Assembly: GCA_016748015.1 (NCBI GenBank)
Contig: JAAOMT010000664.1
Location: 1,487,892 to 1,551,891 of the forward strand
Direction of reading: 5' to 3'
Origin: Geosiphon pyriformis uo1
Lineage: Eukaryota > Fungi > Glomeromycota
Length of the DNA stretch: 64,000 nucleotides
Shown: positions 11,850 through 23,756 of the stretch, piece after piece
How positions within the stretch are numbered: the stretch's first letter is position 1
Layout of the letters: each line of letters opens with the position of its first letter
The notes under the pieces: generated by a model
What the model was told of the DNA's origin: nothing
Databases searched by the model: none
Seen by the model: only the letters and a program-made list of their open reading frames with translations
Made by a program: the position numbers and the translations under genes

Positions 11850-13860
11850 ATTGATGCTTTTACTGACATAGATAATAGAATATTTCTTATTATTAAATTT
11901 AATTTAAGATAAAATTGTTTTAAGAACATTTTTTAATATATTAGTAACTATAATAAACTGTTTTTTAAAATTCAAATAGATTAATATTAGAGCTTTAATA
12001 AATTAATACTTAAAGTAATTAAAAATTTTTTGTTGTTTAGTTTTCTATATATATAATACATATTTTAAGAACAAATAATAAAAGAGTTTAGTAATATCAA
12101 AGAATTTTTTAATAAACCAATAGTAATATCTTATAAATTTCTATTAATTTATTCTTTAAATCATTTTTTATTATTATTGGTTATAAAAACAAAGCAAATT
12201 TTTTCTGTTGGATTATTTGTTTTTGGAAATTGAACTAACTAAATAGAAACCAAATCAATTTTTTTACTAGTTTCTGGTATTGTTATTAATAGTGCTTAGA
12301 AAATTATTACTAATCATTAAAGATTTGTTAAGTAAGTAATCTTTATTTTGATGTTTAATACAACTTTTAAGATTAAATTAGTTTATGTTAAAACTGTTTT
12401 TTAGTTTGTGTATAATTTTTTAGATATAAAATTGATATTAAAAAACAATATAAAGCTTTTTTATATAAAGTTTATTTCTTAAAGATTTTTAAAAACTGTT
12501 TTTTTGGTTGAATTTATAAGTTTTGTTTACTTAATTATTCTTAAAATTGCTAAATTTTTGGTGGTTTCTAAGACTAGTTCTTGTTTGTTACTATTGTACT
12601 ATATAATATGCTTTTGAATATGTTTGCTATTAACATTAAAATAGCACTTAGTAAGTTTGATAAGATTATCCATATTATGTTGAAGCTTACTAGTATTTAA
12701 TAATATATTGTTGTTTATTTCAAAAAGCTAGATACTCTTGTGTTTGTTTTGAATTATTGGTTAGTATTGATAAGTAAGAATAGTATTAAGATTCTCTCTT
12801 TAATAAATCAAAATAAGACTATTTTGTTTTGTAATAAATTTAAACCCAAGTTAGTTAATCTTTTTTCTGGCTATACTATCTTTAAGATTAGTAATATAAT
12901 CTTTTAAGTTAATAATCAAACATGTTTTATTCTTTACTTTCCTAATTTTAATTATTATTTCCAGTTTATTTTGATTATATTTGGATTTTAAACTAATTTG
13001 AATGCTATAATAATTAAGAGTAGTACATTAAAAAAGTATTATATTTAATAAAAAACTTCTAATTGTCAGTGCTGTTTTAAATATTAAAAAATAAATTATC
13101 TAACTGTAAACTATAAGATATTTTTATCTTTTTTTTCAAGATTTCTAAGGTGTTTACACTACATTTTATGAGTGCTAAATCTTATATTAAGACTTTTGTT
13201 TTTTTAAGCTTTCTTAAATTTTTACTTTTAATAATTTTTGTTTTTTCTTCTGTAATTGTTGATAATTTTTTGGTTTTCTTGTAGTTGACTTTTTTGGAAG
13301 CTAATTTGGCTAAATTGATTATATTGATTGAATTTATTATTAAGTCTATTGGTTTTTTAGTTATTGTGTTTAAACAATTTATTAAAAAAGATCTTGTTTT
13401 AAACAGTGTTTTTAGTTTTAAGATTAACAAAATTCTGGTGTATATAAATGCTTTTAGTAAAGCTGTTAATAAGTTAAAATAAGAGATAGTTACATTAAAA
13501 GCTAAATATAACTTTAAAAATATTGATATAATTGGTTCTTATATAAGTTTGTTTGCTATTAATAATAATATATTTTTTAATTTATTGTTACTTTGAAAAT
13601 ACAAATTCACCAATATTAAGATTAATGCCTTAAAAACTGCTAAATAACTAATTAAATTGGTTAGTAATAGTGTTATATTATTTGAAATTATTTAAAAAAT
13701 GTTTTTTTTGGGTAAATTTTCTTTTAAAATATTAATATAATATAACTTAAACTGGCTTAAGTAACTAATTATATATAAAAAATACATAAATCATATTTAG
13801 CATTAAAATACTTAGTTTGTTTTTAATTTCTAAATAGTAATTAGGTTATATTCATTAAAT
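11850..13860 (+). mobile_element. ORF1-only LINE derivative, copy 2 (heavily AT-mutated)
   Basis: Colinear with 8230-10420, including the post-stop tail (ctggcttaagtaact...ttcattaaa vs ctggtctaagtggct...ttcattaaa). Confidence 0.8.
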
Positions 13861-14131
13861 ATATAATAAAATAATAATATTATTATTATTTATTTTATAA
13901 TTATTATTTAATCAAATTAAATTTATATAAAAAGTTATTTTTAATTGGTTTATACTTTTATTTTTTAGAAATATATTTAATAATTTAAAAACTAATCAAT
14001 AATAATTTTAATTAAAAATTTTTTTTCAAAAAAACTTATATTAATATAATTAAGTTTTTAGTTAAAAATATTATTACTATTGTTTTTATTGTTTAATTAC
14101 TAAAAATAATATAAAATTTCTTTCTTTCCTT

Positions 14132-16781
14132 CATTCAAAATTCCCAAAAAAGAGTCAAAAAGTTTTTTTGAAAGAAGTTTTTTACCATTCAGTACAATAA
14201 ATCAAAATTGTTCTTTAATTACAAGGCCACTGTTGGTCTTGTTATTGCTGTTATAAAGAAAACTATTAAAGTTTCTGGTTCTGAGAGTGGTTTCAAGATG
14301 GTTGCATTGAGGAAGAAGAGGAAGGGAGGTGTATTGGCAGAAGATATTGATAATAGAGGAGTTGCTACTAAAGCTCTTGGTGCTTGTTCATGGGGTTCTG
14401 AAACAGGTAACACTACTGAGTTTGAGAGTATTGACATGGAGGAGGAGTGCTTGGTTGAAGAAACCAGTATTGACTATAGTGAGAGTGGTGCTTTTGTGGA
14501 AGGGGATCCTAATCAAATGCCAAAGAGTTTGCATGTAAAGACCAAAAAGATGTTAGAGAAGCCTCTGGGTGTGATTGATTATGGTATTGTCAATCCAAAT
14601 GATGATGTATTAGATGATTCCTTTCTTTTTCCGCCCCCTCTATCTATTAAACTGTCTGTTCAAGTGTCTGTTCACAAATCTTTTGCTTTAGATATTAATC
14701 TTGTAACCATTGCTGAGAAGTCTTCTCAGAAAAAATTGAGTTTTATCAGAAAAATTTTTTCAAATGTGAATGGTTTTGGGGGGGCTTCTACTTTCTCAAA
14801 ATTTGGTGAAATTATTTGTGTGACTTTCACTTTGGAAAAGACAATGATGGCTGCTGGGAAGTTGGCAAATGATCATGGTGTTGTGGTAAACACCAATCTC
14901 AAGTGCCCTGTAAACAACCATACAAATTGGGCAATTGTGTTAAAAGAAATTCCTGTAGGAACTTCTATTGAAGCTGTGTATACAGCTGTGTCTATATTTG
15001 AACAAATTAAGATGATTAAAATGCAATTGGTGGGTTTATGGCAAAAGATGATTGTCAAATTGGAAGATTAAAGTCAGGCTGATCTGTTGGCTGCTGAATG
15101 GTCGATCCTCATTGGTAAAGATGCAGTTCATGTGGCCAGGGCTGACATTGATAAACAGATATGAGATATTAATGATAAATTTAGGGCATTGCTCTACACT
15201 CTTCTTATGAAAACAATGGCTCATGATTTGTGGGATTTCATTGGTTCTGTGGGTGAGAAAACATGCTTGATTGAACACAACTCTGTCAATTATACTCACA
15301 CATAATGTGCTACTGTGTGTTTTGGTTCTGAAGATAACATGACTCAGACTGTGGCCAATACACCAGTTATAAAAGGCATTGGTCTTCACTGGTCACATTT
15401 GGTTACTCTTTTATGTTCTGTTTGCAATTCCCTAGGTCACTCGAGTTTGGTTTGTAAATTAGCTGGTGTGTCCTCTATTCCTAAGAGCAAAAGGACTTCT
15501 TTCTCAGCCCAGGATAAGTTTAGATTGGCCAAAATTTCTGAGAAAAAATCTGTGTCTGTTTCTAGGCCTCTAGCTTTTGATAGAAAAACTTGGACAGATA
15601 TGGTTGGCAAACCTCCTTTCTGTGTGCTTTTTGGTAATTCATTTTTACTTGGTTCCATCAATAGTGATAAACCTATCCTTCTTGTTGGTAGCATTTTAGA
15701 GATTCATCTAGTCAGTATTAAAAGCAGTCTTGTCAACCTTGCGGATCAGATTAGTGAGTTGACTAAGAGATTGGATTCACTCATACCAATGGTTTCCCAG
15801 CCTAATCCTAGATGTCAGCTGCTGGTGACCCCCTCTTCCCCCCATCTCAGATTCAAAAGGAGGATACAGTGATGGAAGTGGGTTTGAGTGAAGCCACTAA
15901 TGATGAAACTGCTACAATTGTGATTCTTTTGGCATCCCTTTATGTTGTTAAGTTGAAAAAAATGTTGAAAGAACTCTCCAAATCTGTTTTGAGCTTATTT
16001 GCTTACTTCGATGGTTTGGTTTTAGCAAGTAGTGTGTCTTCACAAACCCTTTCTCAATGAGTGAGCTGATCTGGAAAATTGCCACATGCAATGTTCGTGG
16101 AATGAACAATCCTGTAAAACAAGATGATGTCATTCATTGGCACAAGGACATGAACAATTTTATTTCTATTGTTATGGAGTCAAAGCTTAAAAGAAAGATA
16201 CAACTCTGGATAACCAACAGATTTGTTGGTGTCTGAGTGTTTACTTCTGGTTTGAATTCTGGTTATCTGGGTGCTGATATTGTAATTATTATGAACTTTT
16301 TTTTAGCTAGGCATGTATGTAAAGTCTCTAAAGTGCCGGGTTGGCTCTTATCCATTAAATTGCTTTTCAAAAACAAACTTTTGGTGTCAATTTTGGGACT
16401 CTATGCTGGTGCATTTGCGGCAGTTCGGTTTTCTTAGGCTGATGTGATCAACTCTCTTATTGCAAGGACTGTTAATGAGTCTTTTTTTATTGTTCTTGGC
16501 GGTGATTTTAATGAAGATGGGACTCATAGATGTGCTAGTTTCAAAAAATGCCTTGATTTGGGGCTGGTCAATTTTTTGTTTGGAAGCCATACCTTGAAGA
16601 TGCCTACTTGGGCAAATTCTAGAGGTGTTTGAAAAACAATTGATTTCATGTTCATGTCTCCTAATCTGGTTAATACGCTAGTGCATCATAATGTTTTGGA
16701 TGTCAGTGAGCATTTTGACACAAATCATCAGGCTGTTTCTGTGTCTTTGGGTTTGGGTAGACTTTTGGACACACAGTTGAA
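14132..16781 (+). mobile_element. L1-like LINE copy 1 (ORF1 + APE endonuclease), 3' part deleted
   Basis: ORF1 ~14208-16060 with CSVC...GH....C knuckle; ORF2 starts at 16057. Confidence 0.9.
16057..16781 (+). pseudogene. LINE ORF2 apurinic endonuclease domain
   Basis: IATCNVRG, ESKL, LGGDFN, TW.N....KTIDF, T(N/D)H motifs. Confidence 0.92.
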
Positions 16782-17506
16782 GATTTTTTCTTGATGTTGT
16801 GATATAAGTCTTCTTTTTAATTCTAATTGTCTTTGTATGTTGTGTACTTCTTTTCAGAGGCTAATTTGAAATTTATTCATTGTCTGGGGTCTTCTCTAAG
16901 GCTATTCTTGCAATTATCTGATGTGTTTCTCTAATCTAGAAACATAGAATGTTAATGATCTTTTTGCGATTTCCCTAAGTATATAATAAAGCTTTTTCAA
17001 TTTAATTAATAACCACGTGAATAATCTTGATTAGAGATTATTCTTCCAAAGAGTTCAGAGATGGAATGATAGTTTCATTCACTAAAGAGAGTATGTGAAT
17101 TTTATTGTTAATCTCGTAATTGTGATGTTCATTCAATTTATTATTTTTTTATTAATTCTTTTTGAATAAAATTTTATTTAGATATTTATTGTTTTTAGTT
17201 GAAACTGTTCTATTCTTCATTATTAAAAACTATTATATATATATATAATTATTGTTTTACAAAATAATGTCTTGTAATACTCTATTTCTATTATTTCTAA
17301 ATAATACTTGTTGCTATTATGAAATAGTGTTTGCTGCTTTTGCACAATAGTGCTTACTGCTATTGCATGATAGTGTTTACTGCTATTGTAAAATAGTGCT
17401 TGCTGTTATTTGTAAATCATTTCTTTTTATAAATTGTTGCTGTGCTATTTCATGATTGGCTAATTTATATTATTTATAATTCCTATTAAATTTTTGAACT
17501 GTAACA
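16777..17506 (-). repeat. 3' LTR of B (type B), missing ~111 bp of U5
   Basis: Aligns to 33612-34366; adjacent PPT. Confidence 0.92.
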
Positions 17507-17509
17507 TTA

Positions 17510-17521
17510 TCCCCTCCTTTC
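17510..17521 (-). promoter_or_regulatory. Polypurine tract of B
   Basis: GAAAGGAGGGGA 3 nt upstream of the LTR TG. Confidence 0.85.
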
Positions 17522-17833
17522 AAGATTAAGCTCTGTCGAAATCAAAGTTAATTTTTTCATTGAATTCTAAGTTGCTATAGTAGTCTAATACTGTATTATT
17601 AACTTGTTGTTATAATTCTTGAAATTGTGAGTTGGTAAGTTGTCCAATACTGTTGGTTGTTATTATGTTTATGGTTGGATTCAATAATACTTTGTGACAA
17701 TTTTTCAAATGCTTTGAAAATTCCATAAACTGTTTTTTGAATTGAATGTACTGTTGGTTTTTCCAATAAAACTTTCTAATTGTTGGATTGTTGCTTTGTC
17801 AAATATTCTAATTAATAGATAGATTTATGATTT

Positions 17834-19100
17834 TTATGTGTGTCTCATTCTTAACAAACAATTAGCATTGGCATTTTTGGTACCTTCTTTGTATTTGATA
17901 ATATAATCATATAGTGCTAATATTTGTAACCATCTGGTATATTTTTTTTTTAGTACTTTTTTGTTATTTAATCAGATCAAACCTCTATGATCTGTGGTAA
18001 TATTAAAAGATTTGTACCAAAAATATGTGTCAAAGTAAATGCAACTCCAGACTACTGCTAAGCATTTCAGTCTGTGTGCTGCATAGTTTTGCTCTGCCAT
18101 ACTGAGACTTTTACTGATATAAACAATTACACATTCTCTTCCATTATCATCTTTTTGTGAAAGAATGGCTCCAAGTCCAGTTTCAGAGACATCTGTGGCC
18201 AAAATGAATTTTTTGTTGAAATCTGAATAGATCATTATTGGTGATTCAATGAGCTTTTGCCTAAGATACTTAAAAGCTTTTTGCTGTGTTTTAGTCCATT
18301 CAAATTTCACATTTTTGGATAGTAAATAATTAAAAAGTTTGGTAATGTTTGAAAAGTTTTCTACAAAGCAACAGTAGTAAGATACGAGTCCTAAAAAGCT
18401 TCTAACTTCTAAAACATTTTGAAGTACTGGAAAATTTTTCACTTTGTCTATTTTTGATAGATCTGGTTTTATTCCATCTTTTCCAACTATGTGTCCTAGA
18501 AATGCTAGCTCATTTTTTCCAAAGAAACATTTTTCTAAATTTAATTTAAGTCCAGCATGTCTTAATTTCTTAAAAACTTGTTGTAAATGTTGGAGATAAT
18601 TCGTGAATTTTGGCAAGAAAACATTTGTATCATCCAAGTAGACAACAACAGATTGCCACAGAATTCTGGAGTAAATTATGTTTATTAGTTTTTGGAATGT
18701 CGCAGGAGTATTTGTTAATCCAAATGGCATTACATTGAACTCATAATTGCCATTTTGTGTTGTGAATGCTGTTTTATGTCTGTCTTTTGGGTCCATTTCT
18801 ACTTGCCAATATTCACTGGTCAAGTCAAGTGTAGAAAACCATTTTGCTCCTCCAAAAATGTTGAAGATTTTGTCAATTAATGGTATTGGGTATGAATCTT
18901 TGGTTGTTTTGCTGTTTAGTTTGCGATAGTTGATGCAAAATCTAATTTTTCTGTTCTTTTTTCTTAATAAAACAACTGGTGAGAATCATAGGCTCATTGA
19001 TAGTTGAATTATTCTTTTTTCCAACATGCTTTGGACTTCTTCTCTGATAAAATTATGCTTCATTGGTGAGACATGGTAAGTGCATTGTTTTTCAGGTCTG
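17834..19100 (-). pseudogene. RT-RNase H of B
   Basis: KTAFTT, MPFGL, YLDD, ATD.S..GLGAIL, TDH; ends RMRHT*. Confidence 0.95.
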
Positions 19101-19669
19101 GCATCCCCAGTGGAAATTTGGTGTTGAACCAAGTTGGTTCTTCCAAATTCGCCATTTTATGAAAATATATTAGAGTATTTTAAAATTAATGCTTTTAATT
19201 GTCATTGTTGGTCCAGATTCATTGTTCCAATGTTTAATTTGGCCAATTCTTCTGGTGTAAATTGATAGCATTTCAACAGTTGTTGCCAATTTATTGAAGT
19301 GAGTTCACAGTAAAGAGCAATTTCTGGGAAATTTAGAATTTCTTGTGGTGTTGACACATTTTCTAGCTCCGTTCCAAGATATCCCATGATGGTGTTTACT
19401 GAAATGTATATGAGCTCTTCTGTAGTATTCATGATAGAAATTTTTATTCATTGTGTTTTGTCAGCTGAAATAAAAAGGTTAGTAAGTCCTATGGAAAACT
19501 GTTGGCAAGTTTCTGAGTGGGACTTAAATATTAGATTTATATCTTTTATTGTCTTTTTTATTTTAATTTCTGATTTTTTGTATGACATGAGCATGATTGA
19601 CTGCTCATTTCTAATTAATTCATTTTTTTCCTGGCATTTCAATAAAATTTGCTTTAATTCCTTTTCCTG

Positions 19670-20090
19670 TTGATCTAAAACCATAAATTCCTTTTATTGT
19701 TTGTGTCAATTTCTTTCGATTTTCCACTGGTACAAATTTTCCAACTTTTACTAATAATAGGAAAATTGCTTGTGCAATCTTCTCCTTAAATTCAATGATA
19801 TAAGATTTTTCTGAATTGTTCTGTAGCAAAACCATCAAATTTTCAGTGTAGCCAGAGTCAATTATTCCTCCTTGAATACTTATTCCTTTTTTTGTGAGAC
19901 TTGATCACGACACTATTTGAACCATTATTTCTGGCGGAATTTTAACCACTATTTTCAAATCGATTTTGGTAATACTTCTGAGTGGTAATGTTGTGGATTG
20001 GTCTTTCAGATAATGTAGATCGAATTTAGCATCAGTTGGATGGGCTCTTTTAAGTATTATCCCTAAGTGCCTGTTGTCAAAGTATTGGAT
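19670..20090 (-). pseudogene. dUTPase domain of B
   Basis: RAHPTDAKFDL, S(R)SSL, GGIIDSGY, KIAQ, GFRST. Confidence 0.88.
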
Positions 20091-21049
20091 GTTAATCTCT
20101 TGTTCTAGATTAGTATAGACTACAAATTTTTCTGACTCAGAACTGTCAAACGAGTCTTATTGATTTATTAATTGATTTTGGTACTGCTGATTCTCAATTT
20201 TTATTTTTCTTGCCAAGTCTCTTTCATATTAACACTCTTCACAGCACTAACTTTGGCATGGGATAAGACAGTCTTCGCAAAGATAAGTGTTGATCTGAGT
20301 GAGATACTGTTCTTGCTCTTGGCGAGTGGAACATAGCTGTTGGTAGTTTTCCTGGAATTTGTCTACTGGATTGAACATATTATAGTTGGCGACTTTATTA
20401 GCTATTTTGGCTGATATTTTTCAACATTGTATTTTTTTGGTGGTTTCTCCTCTTATTTTGGCCTGTGTGGTGTTGTATAACTTGTTCTCATCATATGAGT
20501 AATACTGCAGTCTTCTTAATGCTTTGTTGAACACTGCTTCAAATGGCATTCCTTTTTTTACTTAGTCACAGATGAGAATTGTGTATTAGTAAGTTGTGTT
20601 ACATGTTTTTCCTCTGCCTAGCATGTTAATCCAGTCACACCTTTTTGGCAATGATTTTCCACAAGTGAGACATGGTTCTTCATCCCATTTTCTATGTCTT
20701 TCTGGGTAACCATATTTTTTTTGTTATAATGGTTACAATAGTAGTGGGTGGGGTTTCTTGGGTCTTTATCCAGTGTGCTGCATGCAGTCATTGACAAGAG
20801 TTTCTTATTGCAAACTGAACATTCTAGTTTTGGTCTGCATTGCTGACAGTTTTTTTGTGGACTTGCCTGGTTCCATTTGGACTTTCTTTTGTTTCTCTAA
20901 GTTGGTATAACCAGTAGTCCTGTTCTTTGGTCATCAGCCCATGAAAACTGATAAGTTTTGATGGCTGGTAGGACTAGATTTTCTTTGAATTTGAAGGTAG
21001 GTCTTTGGTTGGTACTGGGTTTTTGGAAGTGGCTACATGTGACTGGAAT

Positions 21050-21460
21050 TCTGGCATGGTGACTATTATAGCTGATAAGAAGCTCTTAAGTAGTCCAATC
21101 TAATATGACATTGGCTTTTGTTAACCAGTTATTCCCTACTAATGCTTAATATTGTGTAGCATCTATTACTAATACTTTTGTAGATATTATTATGCCATTA
21201 ATTTCAAAAGGGAATAAGTTGATTTTGCCATGAGGCAGCTTGGTATTTTCATTGACTGTTATAATTTGGGATGTCACAGCGCAATCAACTTTAAAACCCA
21301 GTTGGTTTATTAGTTGAAGCATTACAATGCTTCTGGTGGATTCACTGTTTAAGATGAGTTTAATTGGTGTGTTGTTTATTTTTGTTTCTGTGTACATAGC
21401 AGTGATTGGGCATTTCTCATCCAATGCTGCTCCACTAAACATAGCCTCTTTTTTTTCTAA
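21050..21460 (-). pseudogene. Aspartic protease of B
   Basis: IKLILNSES, ALVGNNWL. Confidence 0.85.
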
Positions 21461-21942
21461 TTCAAAAGGAAAAATAGCTGTAAGGCTGCTATTTTCTATG
21501 ACAATGGCTGGTAATATTGTTTGGATCAAGTTTTGGCTATTGGTGATATTTTCAGTTCGAATTACATTACCATTAATATTTCCAAGATTTAAGTTTTCTA
21601 ATATATTAAGGTAAGTTGGCTGAAAATTTGGGTAGTTTGGGTAGTTTGCATTTGTTTGTTAATTAGGTCCTATGTGATTAGAATTTCTAGTAATAATTAT
21701 GTTTTGACTTAATACTGGCTGGCTTCGAAACTCTGGATGCCAGTTTGAGTTTGAAATTACTGGTCATTGCTAGTAAGTTCCTTGATTTTGGTATATAGTA
21801 GGGTATTGATGTGGTATTGGCATGTATTGATTTCTAAGCATTTGGGGTGGTGTGTAATAATTATTCTTGTGTGTCTCATGCATCATTTGCATTTGACATT
21901 AACTAATTAAATGTCTTATGCATTTGCAAAAATGGCAGGCAC

Positions 21943-22925
21943 TGTTACTGGAGGTTTTTGGTCTCTTTTCTTGAATGTTGTTGATGTTGATTTGCTGTGA
22001 ATTCACATTTCTAGGAAGTAGTTGAACCTCCAGTAACTGAATTTATCTTCAAATTATTTCTTATAATTTGAACTGCTGGGCTTATAAGTGGAATGGCCAA
22101 TTCCGTACCAGTTGCTTTGTGTAGTTACATTGTAGTAAACATCAACTCTTTTCCAGGAATTGCTCATCTGGAAGCTCACTAAAAATGTGTAGTTACTTTG
22201 CTGTGAAAGTCAACTCTTCTATAGAAATCTTGTCTATAGGCTATCCTAATGATTATAATAAGAAAATAAAAGAAAGAAAATAAAAAAAATGTAAAAGAAA
22301 TGGAATTCTGTTAAGAGAAACGTTTTCTATTTAGGCCTGGAGTTACTAACAGTTTATTGAAATTGGTAGCTAATCAATTTCAAAACTGTTTAGTGGGAAT
22401 TGGTTAATTTTAAAAGGAAAATAATTAAGAATTTGATTTTTTGAATTATTTGATATTTATTTCGTTTTTGTGTATAAAAGATGATTTTAATTGTTAAATC
22501 TAAAGTAAGATACATTTTCTCAAAGAGAGAAGCTCTTTTTTTATACAACTTGTTGTAACACTATTCTATGAACTTGAACTTTGCTCTTTTCTACAATTTC
22601 ACTGAACTAAAGATACATTTTGGCGAACTACAAGTTATTTCTGTGAACTATTAGATATTTTGGTAAACTATCAATTATTTTGGTAAATTTCTACAAATTT
22701 TGGCAAACTTTTGAATGTTACATATTTTGGGGTATTGCATGATTAATCATTGCAATTAGGTTACATCTGTGTTATGTACAAATTGGATTATTAATTAAAT
22801 GATAATTTCGGACATTTTGCTAATATAATAAGTAATAATTTGAAACAATAATATATGCTAATTAATGATAGGAATTATAAAGATAATTTCATGCTAAATA
22901 ATATCTCTAATTTCGTCTTGTAACA
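21943..22925 (-). repeat. 3' LTR of C
   Basis: TG...CA; PPT GAGGAGAAAG at 22929-22938. Confidence 0.95.
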
Positions 22926-23613
22926 TAACTTTCTCCTCAAAACTGAGCTCCATCGAAGTCCAAGTACTGTCTGTAATTTCCAGATAATAATCCAAAATTA
23001 TTGAAGAAATTTGGTCTGAAAATTGTTGAAATTTCAGTTCTGTGAGCTTTCCAATGTATTAAATCTTCAAAGGCTGTAAAATTGGGTTTTGTAGGACGTT
23101 TTCACAGGTGTAGAATAGGTCATAAAGTCTAAGAGCAGCTCTTAGTTTATAATGACTATTTGTAGGCCTAGCTGTTGTCTTGAATTCATTGTGGAGTTGT
23201 TTTCAAATAGCTTTTTTTGTGAGGTTTGCTGCTATAAGCTCCTGTTGTTGTTCGTGAAGTGTTTTTCCAATGTAAAAATATCTATATATTGGAGTATAGT
23301 TGTAGTTTTCTTCATTAAGACACAGTTGAAGTTTTTGTTGAATAGTAGTATTTAGTGGAATACTAATAAGAGTGAGCATTAAGTTTTCTCTTAAAGCAAG
23401 CTTTAAAAGTTCTGGCAGGTGAATTCCAGAATAACTTCTTGTGTTCTTCTTATACGGGTGATATTTTTGTGCATTTGGGGCTAAATTTGTAACTAATTCT
23501 GTTTGGGTATAATTAATGTGGTTTCTAGTAACAGTAATGGATAATTCGGGTATTGTTTTTAAAGCTAACATTAGTTTTTGGGATAATTGTTGAATGTTTT
23601 GAGGAATAGTCAT
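22894..23613 (-). pseudogene. ORF3 of C: ~239 aa protein of unknown function downstream of integrase
   Basis: Single frame with 2 premature stops; homologs at 58803-59510, 63114-63812, 34604-35239 and 17520-17820. Confidence 0.8.
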
Positions 23614-23756
23614 TATAAAAAATTTGAAAATAAAGGAAAATTATTTTTGGTGTATGGGTTTTTATGTTATTTTTGTTTTGTTTTTGTGAGATTATTTCTA
23701 AATTATAAGGAGATAACTATAATAATAAATTTAAATTAAGTGTTTAAGTTGGGAGA

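Noticed and set aside
22894-23613. ORF3 as a retroviral env
   Set aside because: Too short, with no signal peptide, TM anchor or furin/fusion-peptide pattern.
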